A program made the position numbers and the translations under genes. The notes under the pieces are model-generated. The model was given only the letters and a program-made list of their open reading frames with translations. It was not told the origin of the DNA and did not search any database. From Candidatus Harpocratesius repetitus (GTDB taxonomy: Archaea; Asgardarchaeota; Lokiarchaeia; Sigyniarchaeales; Promethearchaeaceae), in the NCBI GenBank assembly GCA_021498095.1, contig JAIZWK010000001.1:2580001-2612000 (forward strand): 32,000 bases of DNA, read 5' to 3'. Each line of letters begins with the position of its first letter. Position 1 is the stretch's first letter. Positions 24,886 through 32,000 of the stretch are shown here, in pieces.

Positions 24886-27597
24886 ATGCTCGTACAAATA
24901 TCATTTTCGATAATTGTGTTTATATGCTTTCTTCATTTAATTTATCTGATATGGGAAGATTATCGTGAAATTCCTGTAAGATATGATCGATCCCAAGAAA
25001 AACCTTTGGTAAGTATTATAGTTCCCGCTCTAAATGAAGAGAAAAATCTTCCAAAATGCTTACAAAGCTTACTTAATCTAACCTATCCAAATAAAGAAAT
25101 CATTGTTGTTGATGGAGGTTCTACGGATAGAACCTATGAAATCGCTAAGAGTTTTGGAGTCAAAGTATTAAGATTTAAAAAATTACCTGAAAATTGGGTA
25201 GGAAAATCATATGGATGTCATATAGGTTATCAAGCAGCGAAGGGGGATATTTTGTTATTTACTGATGCTGATACTGTTCATGCTCCAAATTCATTAGATT
25301 ATACTGTAGCAAAATTACTCGGTCATGATGTTACACTTCTCTCAATGATTCCTTATCAATTGGCTGAAAAATGGTATGAATATTTATCAGGATATTATTT
25401 CTTTTTAGCATGGCTGATTCGGGGTTTAAAGAAAAATATTATAAATGAACAAAAAGAAGATTTTTTTGCTATTGGACAGTATATGTTGTTTCAAAGAGAA
25501 AAATACGAGCAAATTGGTGGTCATATAGCAATTCATGAAAATGTTGTCGAAGATTTAGCTCTGGCCAAACTTGTAAAAGAGCATCACCAACGTTTATATT
25601 ATGTAGAGAATAAAAAATTAGTATTTTGTCGAATGTATCCTGATGGATTTAAAAGTTTTTATGATGGTTTTCGAAAATCCATTTGGACTGGAATGGAAAT
25701 TGTTCCCATTCAAAAAACAATAATGGCAATTCTTTGGATATTATTTGGTTTACTCACCCCTGTATTTCTATTAAAATCTATCTTGACACCAAACGATTTT
25801 TCTTGGATACTTTTTGGATTCTTTTACTTAATTTTTATATTTGCACTCTATTATGATTGGCATTCAAATCGAAAAGACCATATTCTCGTTTATCTTCTTT
25901 ATCCCATAGGGCTTTTAATTACAACAATAATTTTAATTACATCAGTTTATGATGGAGTATTAGGTCGTCCTGTGAAATGGAAAGGAATTAGTTATCAATC
26001 AAAAAAAACAGTAGTGAATCAAAATTCTGTAATTAAAACAAGTATTAATTTAGAGAATAAATCCGATTATAAGTTTCTAAAAGAATCAGATGAATCAGAT
26101 GAATCAGATGAATCAGAAGAATCAGAAGAATCAGAAGAATCAGAAGAATCAGAAGAATCAAACGAATTAAACGAATTAAACAAATTAAAGGAATCACAAT
26201 CAGAAAAAAATGACATACTAACAATAAATGCACCCATTATTTCTCTAATAGAGTCATCATCGCTTAAAATTTCTAATCATATTAACAATAAACAGAGATT
26301 GGCATCTTTAGATTATCTACGAGGCATTGCAATTCTGTTAGTTGTTGGTTTTCATTCAATTGAGCGAGCGCTACCTTCAGATTTCTGGGATCATTTTCTA
26401 ACTTCAGCACCAAAATGGCAATTTTATCTATTTGGTCCTTTTCTATTACTTATGAGTTGGCGTGGTTTCTTCATTTTAATTTCTGCTACAGTATATATCT
26501 ATTCATTTGAGAAAAGGATGCGTACTTCGGGGAATGCAGCCAGTATTTTAAGAACAAATCTTTTAAAGGGAGTAGTTCTCTTTTTGTTTGGTTGCATTAT
26601 TAATGTTTTTTTAGATCCCTATGCAGCTGTTGGATATTTTCTACAAACAGGGCAATGGCAACCTGAAAATTATATTATTCGGTTAAAATTTTCTGATGCC
26701 ATTCAAATGATTGGATTAGGGCTAATTATTTACTCAATAATTCATTATTATCTTATGAAGAATCGTGGATTTGAAAAACCCATTCGCAATATTTTCATAT
26801 ATTCGCTTTTAATATTCTTCATTATTGGTTTTACTCCTGAAATGAACAAGATTTTATATTCAGTTTATGGTGTTACACGGGATGAAATAATGGGAATGAA
26901 AACTGAATCTCTTCTTCAATTTTTAGAAGCTATGGCTTTAGCAAATATCGTTGGATATGCACAACCTCTCTTTCCCTATTTAGCCGTTACTTTTTTAGGA
27001 TGTATTATTGGGATTATTTTAAGCCAAGATCAGTGGTCTAACAAAGCAAAACTCTCTAATCTTTATATTATGGGCATTATTATAATTATAATTGGTTTGC
27101 TTGATTGGATCATTTTAACAAGAATGGAACCAATGCAAACGTTTATGATTGCCCCAATGTGGTTTCTAATTTTTAATACAGGATTGCAAACTTTCGTTAT
27201 AGCTTTTATTTTAAATGTACTTGACTATCCAAAATCCCTGGAAAAAAGTAGAATCAGGATTCGAAAAGTGCGTTATATACGTAGGGCAGGAATATTATCA
27301 TTGACACTTTTTGCATCCCAATTTTTGGATCTAATTCCACGATTTTTATTATCACAAATAACTGGGCTCGATTTTGTTAATTATGGAAATATAAATACGA
27401 TATATCAAGGATTTCTGTTATTGGGTGTTGTGATTGCATTTTGGATTATTTTACTTCGGATTTGGGAAATGATAAAATTCTATGGAACATTTGATTGGTT
27501 CATGCTGTATATCACATCATCTTTAGCGAAGAAAAAAATAGATTGGCAAGATCCACTAAAAATCAATAAGAATTTATATGAAATAGAAAATATGTAA
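24886..27597 (+). CDS. Fusion of a GT2 glycosyltransferase and a polytopic membrane acyltransferase (DUF1624/HGSNAT-/acyltransferase-3-like)
   Basis: VSIIVPALNEE, VVDGGSTDRT, WVGKSYGC, LLFTDADT, GQYMLF, VVEDLALA, CRMY, ending VKWKGISY (aa ~370). After a ~100-aa linker comes RLASLDYLRGIAILLVVGFH (aa 471 onward) and about 10 TM segments. Confidence 0.88.
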   Translation: MLVQISFSIIVFICFLHLIYLIWEDYREIPVRYDRSQEKPLVSIIVPALNEEKNLPKCLQSLLNLTYPNKEIIVVDGGSTDRTYEIAKSFGVKVLRFKKLPENWVGKSYGCHIGYQAAKGDILLFTDADTVHAPNSLDYTVAKLLGHDVTLLSMIPYQLAEKWYEYLSGYYFFLAWLIRGLKKNIINEQKEDFFAIGQYMLFQREKYEQIGGHIAIHENVVEDLALAKLVKEHHQRLYYVENKKLVFCRMYPDGFKSFYDGFRKSIWTGMEIVPIQKTIMAILWILFGLLTPVFLLKSILTPNDFSWILFGFFYLIFIFALYYDWHSNRKDHILVYLLYPIGLLITTIILITSVYDGVLGRPVKWKGISYQSKKTVVNQNSVIKTSINLENKSDYKFLKESDESDESDESEESEESEESEESEESNELNELNKLKESQSEKNDILTINAPIISLIESSSLKISNHINNKQRLASLDYLRGIAILLVVGFHSIERALPSDFWDHFLTSAPKWQFYLFGPFLLLMSWRGFFILISATVYIYSFEKRMRTSGNAASILRTNLLKGVVLFLFGCIINVFLDPYAAVGYFLQTGQWQPENYIIRLKFSDAIQMIGLGLIIYSIIHYYLMKNRGFEKPIRNIFIYSLLIFFIIGFTPEMNKILYSVYGVTRDEIMGMKTESLLQFLEAMALANIVGYAQPLFPYLAVTFLGCIIGIILSQDQWSNKAKLSNLYIMGIIIIIIGLLDWIILTRMEPMQTFMIAPMWFLIFNTGLQTFVIAFILNVLDYPKSLEKSRIRIRKVRYIRRAGILSLTLFASQFLDLIPRFLLSQITGLDFVNYGNINTIYQGFLLLGVVIAFWIILLRIWEMIKFYGTFDWFMLYITSSLAKKKIDWQDPLKINKNLYEIENM
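26083..26181 (+). repeat. 9-bp coding tandem repeat GAATCAGAW, 11 units (ESD x3, ESE x5, ESN, ELN x2)
   Basis: gaatcagat x3, gaatcagaa x5, then gaatcaaac and gaattaaac x2, all in frame in the fusion linker. Confidence 0.95.
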
Positions 27598-27629
27598 ATA
27601 AATTTGAAAAATTATTGAATTTAGAGTTA

Positions 27630-28457
27630 TTAATAGGATATTCTTTGTTTAAACAAATGTAGAAGTCTAGTTGTCCAATCAATTTTCCTATTTTTTAATT
27701 TTCTCCAATTATCCGATAAGGGAAACCAGATAGATTTTGAATTTTTTGGTCCAAAATCCCAAAACCCTAATTCATCTTTTTTATTCCATAATAATTGTAT
27801 TAGCTGGTCGATTTCATCAATTCTTGTCCCTTTTTTCATTCTTGAGACTATTTCAAGCGATCTAAGTCCCCTATCATATTGGGTCCAAGAAAATTTATTC
27901 CAATCCAATTGTAATGGTATACTAAGATACATAATTCCTGATTTTTGGTTCCACAACCATCTAATGTATTTTGATTGTAAATTGGGTTCAATTAAATCAT
28001 TTCTTGAAGATAATAATTCAATATGGTATTTTGAGTTAATATGTAAATAACGAATATCATCACTTAACCCAGTATGTATTTTATGCGCTTTTAGTTCCTC
28101 TTGTTCATCGAATTCTCCATTTTTAAACGAACTTTTTAATATTTGATACCATATCTTCCATTTCTTACTAATTATAGGATGATCTGGAGAAAGTAAAGAC
28201 AGAGTAGATGAAATAAATAATTTTTTTCTGATAGGCCATCTTTTATGAAAAGCACCCCAGCTTCCATCTTGCTTTTGCTCTCCTATTATTTCTTTCACAT
28301 GTTTACTATTTAACCAGTTAGAATAAGATTCTTGAAAAGTGCTACTATTTGATGAATATTCCAGAATATTTCGAATTATTAGATATTGAACTACTGGATC
28401 AGGATTGAGAGTTAATATATTATTAGCAATTTCTTTTATTTCAGTGAGGGTAATCAT
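27630..28457 (-). CDS. Hypothetical protein with QW-like motifs (terpene cyclase/prenyltransferase-like alpha barrel possible)
   Basis: DPVVQYLIIRNIL, EQKQDGSWG and KDELGFWDFG resemble Q-x-x-DG-x-W repeats. No DxDD catalytic motif seen. Confidence 0.55.
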   Translation of the reverse strand: MITLTEIKEIANNILTLNPDPVVQYLIIRNILEYSSNSSTFQESYSNWLNSKHVKEIIGEQKQDGSWGAFHKRWPIRKKLFISSTLSLLSPDHPIISKKWKIWYQILKSSFKNGEFDEQEELKAHKIHTGLSDDIRYLHINSKYHIELLSSRNDLIEPNLQSKYIRWLWNQKSGIMYLSIPLQLDWNKFSWTQYDRGLRSLEIVSRMKKGTRIDEIDQLIQLLWNKKDELGFWDFGPKNSKSIWFPLSDNWRKLKNRKIDWTTRLLHLFKQRISY

Positions 28458-28635
28458 ATAACTGCCACTTAATTACTATGAAATTTTTAATTAAAATCAT
28501 CCTAATAGATAAAAGAACCATTTAGTATTTCAAAGAATTGCATGAAATAAGAGATATAGGAAAAAGTAAAAAGAAAAAGTTAAAGGAAAAATAGAAAAAA
28601 GAGTAAATTCGTTGAAACTATAATTTTTAATAGGT

Positions 28636-29715
28636 TTATTCAACATTTTTTTTAGATGATTCTACTGGCGCAAAAATTTTTCCATTAAATGAGTTTATAA
28701 TCGTATATAGAAAGGTTATAATCCAAAAAGCAAGAAGTAACCAATAGAGTGCAAATCCAATGTAATCTATAAGAGAATAACTAAACACCATCGAAATTGA
28801 ATGAGTTGCAGAAACATAAGCACCTAATGGAAAGGTAAATGCCCACCACGACATTGCATAAGGGATTTTTACTTTTTTAATATAATGCATCATTAATGCC
28901 AACGCCATTATAATCCACCAAATTCCAAAACCCCATAGGAAGAAACCAAAAAGTTCCAAGGTATCACTTGTATTGATTAGGCAACAATTATTCGCAAGAT
29001 TTATCAATGCAGTGGTTCCTGCTCCAATAGGGCCTAAATTTATCCAAACTGTTGGATAGAGAACATTAGGTAAGGGTTCATGGAGTATAAATCGATACAT
29101 TGTAATTGCCAAAATTGCAAGATAAAGGAAAAATCCTGCACCCCAACTCATTATATTTATAAAAACAATTAAATCTAAAAATAATCCAGAAAAATGTGGA
29201 AGAAGCAAGCTTCCTGGAATCGGTATTACAATTAATCCCACAGGAGGGATAAACCAAGCAGGACTAATATGTTGTACTTTCACATGTTTTCCTACAAACA
29301 TGACATAAAGAATTTCTATGCTGAAAAATATGGTAAATATTGATGCAATAACCCAAAGAATTGTTCCTATTTGGATATTTTTACCGATTACGATTACATC
29401 TGCAGAGAGAACAAGAAGACCGACCGCAATGGTGGGATAAAAGTTTGAGGTAATTGGGTGCATTAAATCGGCTTTTGCTTCTTTTGGAAAGAAAAGCAAC
29501 CGTAATGTCCATGGAATTAATAAAAAACAGAATAAAAACACATTAAAATAAAAAAGAAATTGAGCAATATATGCAAACCATGGAATAAATTCAGCATAAA
29601 ATAATGTGGTCAAAGCAAGAATTCCTGTTCCCATCACAGAGGCAAACCATGATGGGGTAAAATTTCGAATAAAATTTCTCTTTTCACCAATGTATTTAAA
29701 CATTTTTAAAGCCAC
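28636..29715 (-). CDS. TDT/SLAC1-family transporter (tellurite-resistance/dicarboxylate)
   Basis: NFTPSWFASVMGTGIL, SPAWFIPPVG, WINLGPIG, SWWAFTFPLG; about 10 TM segments. Start is GTG 29715 or ATG 29703. Confidence 0.92.
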   Translation of the reverse strand: MALKMFKYIGEKRNFIRNFTPSWFASVMGTGILALTTLFYAEFIPWFAYIAQFLFYFNVFLFCFLLIPWTLRLLFFPKEAKADLMHPITSNFYPTIAVGLLVLSADVIVIGKNIQIGTILWVIASIFTIFFSIEILYVMFVGKHVKVQHISPAWFIPPVGLIVIPIPGSLLLPHFSGLFLDLIVFINIMSWGAGFFLYLAILAITMYRFILHEPLPNVLYPTVWINLGPIGAGTTALINLANNCCLINTSDTLELFGFFLWGFGIWWIIMALALMMHYIKKVKIPYAMSWWAFTFPLGAYVSATHSISMVFSYSLIDYIGFALYWLLLAFWIITFLYTIINSFNGKIFAPVESSKKNVE

Positions 29716-30082
29716 CTTTTATATTGAAGCATTTTTAGTAGATTAGAAAATCTTGGTTTTTTCTTTTTTTAACTATCCTTTTTTAGATACTTTTTCATTT
29801 TTTCTCGAAATTTTGCTTGATTAAACGTTATAAATAATTATGCAAAAAATATTTGAGAAGTTGAGTTTCAAATAGTTAAATACAATTTAAATTTTTTCAA
29901 AATAATTAAATTAAATTAAAAGAATATTCAACCACAAAAAAAGAGAAAATTGAGTATACCAAATATATATCTGTATTTTTTGCATTAAACAAGACTTAGA
30001 TAAAGATCTTAACTGCTAAATGGAGAGATTGATTAATTTTAGAAAAAAGAACTCTTCAGATACAATTTAAAGAATGTTCGAA

Positions 30083-30823
30083 TTAATTGGCAATGAAGGA
30101 AAATACTGTGATATAGTGAAATGCTAAAGCTACAGTGACTAAAACATGAAATATCTCGTGGAAGTGTTTAGGTTTTTTAGTAGCAAATAAAATTGCACCT
30201 ATACTCGTAAAGATTCCACATCCGAATAACAGCATAATTGTAGATGAACTCATCTGAGAAAAAGCATATTGAACTGGGATCAGCGCGCTCCATCCCATGA
30301 TCAGATAAATTATAGCAGTTTTCCATCTTTTTATTACTGCAAATTTAATCTTAAAGAGAATTCCCATTAAAGCACTTCCCCATTGAAATCCGATTGTGAG
30401 TTTACGTAAAAGTCCTTCAAGATAAAAAACTGCAATTGGAGTAAAAGCTCCTGCGATAACTACATAGATTGCGATTTCATCCACTAAGGTCCATCGGGAA
30501 AAATCTTCTTCATTTCGTTTGTGCATGTGCCATAAACCACTAGCGAAAAACACAAATATTAAACTAAATCCATAAATCCAAATCGTTAAAAAATATCCTT
30601 CACCAGGTGTTGCTTCAATTAGTAGTGCAATTAGTCCTAATAATGCTAAGAAACCGCTAATTAAATGTGAAAGAACGTTGAACTTTTCATGTGGATTTTG
30701 AATATGAAAATGCTGATGCAACCATAAATGAAATGCAGTGCTTGGAGGATCTGTCTGTAGTGAATTATCTAAACCCAGAGCACAAGAAGTCTGCTTCCAA
30801 TTAATAGAAGTTACATCTTTCAT
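30083..30823 (-). CDS. Hemolysin III / PAQR family membrane protein
   Basis: HEKFNVLSH, ASGLWH, DEIAIYVVIAGAFTP, IYLIMGW, HEIFHVLV…HY; 7 TM segments. Confidence 0.9.
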   Translation of the reverse strand: MKDVTSINWKQTSCALGLDNSLQTDPPSTAFHLWLHQHFHIQNPHEKFNVLSHLISGFLALLGLIALLIEATPGEGYFLTIWIYGFSLIFVFFASGLWHMHKRNEEDFSRWTLVDEIAIYVVIAGAFTPIAVFYLEGLLRKLTIGFQWGSALMGILFKIKFAVIKRWKTAIIYLIMGWSALIPVQYAFSQMSSSTIMLLFGCGIFTSIGAILFATKKPKHFHEIFHVLVTVALAFHYITVFSFIAN

Positions 30824-30960
30824 AAAGTTACCAACAAAACTCTAATGTTTATATTCAGCTTATGAGAAATTTTCCAAAATACATTGTATTTAGATAACTT
30901 TTACTTTGATTCTATTGATATTTGTGAAGTTAAGCAATAATCGATTTATATAGAAAGAAA

Positions 30961-31001
30961 TTTGCATAAATAATAAAACATCAATTGTGATTCAATTGAT
31001 G
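30961..31001 (-). terminator. Hairpin plus T-tract terminator after the flavodoxin gene
   Basis: Perfect 9-bp arms CATCAATTG-tgatt-CAATTGATG (30979-31001), 39 nt after the stop, followed on the minus strand by TTTTATTATTT. Confidence 0.5.
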
Positions 31002-31040
31002 ATTTTGAAAAATTTTAAAGTTGGCAGTAAATACCAAAAA

Positions 31041-31589
31041 TTAAAAATTACTTAATATCTCATCTGTAAATTGTTGAACATTATCAAAATCTTCTTGAGT
31101 TGGGTGTTTTCGGAGCATTGGTTTGAATTTATTCCATTCTTCTTTATCAGTGATGATATTTAGATGAATAAATTTTTCAATAAAAAAATTCGCTGAACCT
31201 TGGCAGTGAAAATCTCCTAGAAATTCAATTTTTTTATCATTTGCAGTTTTTTCAAAAACTTCATGGCATTTTCCTGCCCACCTATCAAAAAGCTGCTTAT
31301 TTCTTTCTGATCCTTCTGGAAGAACTGTAGAATGAGTATAGAATCCTGCAAATTTAAAAGTAGATGAATCAGGTAATTTGCTCAAAAATTTTTGTATAGG
31401 TTTAGCTAAAGTTGAATTATGACATGGAGCTCCAATAAAAAGTAAATCATATTTATCTAACATATTCAAAGATACTTTTTTTAAAGGTAAAATACTTGAA
31501 TTATGCTCTTTTGCTGCAGTATTATGTATAATATCTGCTATTTTCTTAGTATTCCCTGTTTTTGTATAATATATTACTAAAATATTCAT
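31041..31589 (-). CDS. Flavodoxin-family protein
   Basis: ILVIYYTKTGNTKKIA FMN phosphate loop, YDLLFIGAP, AGFYTHS, FLGDFHCQG. Confidence 0.9.
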   Translation of the reverse strand: MNILVIYYTKTGNTKKIADIIHNTAAKEHNSSILPLKKVSLNMLDKYDLLFIGAPCHNSTLAKPIQKFLSKLPDSSTFKFAGFYTHSTVLPEGSERNKQLFDRWAGKCHEVFEKTANDKKIEFLGDFHCQGSANFFIEKFIHLNIITDKEEWNKFKPMLRKHPTQEDFDNVQQFTDEILSNF

Positions 31590-31902
31590 TTTTTTAGTCC
31601 TCTTACCATTAAAAATTATTAATTTATATTTTTAACGCTAATTGATTGATGAAAATTAAGATGAAATAAATTGTATTTAGAAGCCAATAGCTGTCAAAAA
31701 AAAAAGGAATTCCAATAGGAATTAGAATAAAAAGTAAATTAAGAAGTAAATTAATAAAAATAAAAAAAGGATAAGTTTGGTATTGAAGAATAAATGAAGG
31801 GTAATTCAATAAAGAAAGAAGATGTATTTAAATAAAATTGCAATTTTATAATTGAAATCTCTATTAAGACTGAATTTTTATTAACCAGAAATCTTCTTTT
31901 TT

Positions 31903-32000
31903 TTATTTTTTATGCACACCATGGAAAATTCGTTTCTTTCGCTGAATTCCTGTGTGTTCTTCTCCATTTGTATCCAAAATTTCAATATTATATTGATTCT
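31903..32000 (-). CDS. 3' end of a gene entering from beyond the window
   Basis: Minus-strand frame NQYNIEILDTNGEEHTGIQRKKRIFHGVHKK* is followed by AT-rich DNA. A second frame is also open, so the frame is uncertain. Confidence 0.4.
   Translation of the reverse strand, partial: NQYNIEILDTNGEEHTGIQRKKRIFHGVHKK

Noticed and set aside
22471-26233. Minus-strand ORFs 22471-22659, 23067-23258 and 26045-26233
   Set aside because: Antisense to GH4 or the GT2 fusion; the last is simply the reverse reading of the GAATCAGAW repeat.
30083-30823. DH-to-DE change in the hemolysin III motif as a novel feature
   Set aside because: The metal-binding SxxxH and HxxxH residues and the Asp are retained; one substitution is within normal family variation.
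31624-31809. 61-aa hydrophobic ORF
   Set aside because: Phe/Ile/Leu-rich translation of a T-rich strand in the flavodoxin upstream region; no RBS or motif, though a tiny membrane protein cannot be fully excluded.
1-32000. tRNA or rRNA genes
   Set aside because: No cloverleaf, TTC-G-A T-loop pattern in a GC-rich stem context, or rRNA-like GC-rich stretch was seen in any intergenic region.

Overview
AT-rich (~30% GC by eye) archaeal DNA, most likely an Asgard archaeon of the Lokiarchaeia/Promethearchaeota. The basis is a Loki-CTERM-like C-terminal anchor, GGTGA/GGAGG ribosome-binding sites, heavily N-glycosylation-sequon-rich surface proteins and a BAR-like protein; the assignment is inferred, not proven. 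Left to right: a partial WD40 gene; a conserved hypothetical gene; a cluster of three co-oriented surface/secreted proteins (605, 920, 819 aa) with a decayed IS remnant between the first two; a fused double-activase/2-hydroxyacyl-CoA dehydratase-type protein; a divergent ArsB/NhaD-type transporter; a three-gene minus-strand unit (wHTH+RHH protein, low-complexity protein, tandem BAR-like protein); an ASCH pseudogene missed by the ORF track; CoA-transferase alpha/beta; a GH4 glycosidase; a class II Fic protein; a GT2-acyltransferase fusion; a QW-motif protein; a TDT transporter; a hemolysin III/PAQR protein; and flavodoxin. The strongest candidates for new biology are (1) a single-chain tandem BAR-like protein with FAM92/CIBAR-like motifs and amphipathic N-terminal helices, and (2) a seven-bladed FG-GAP propeller fused to two Ser/Thr-rich amphipathic beta-hairpins resembling beta-pore-forming toxins, translationally coupled to a membrane-anchored glycoprotein. 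All family calls are motif recognition by eye; no database search was run.
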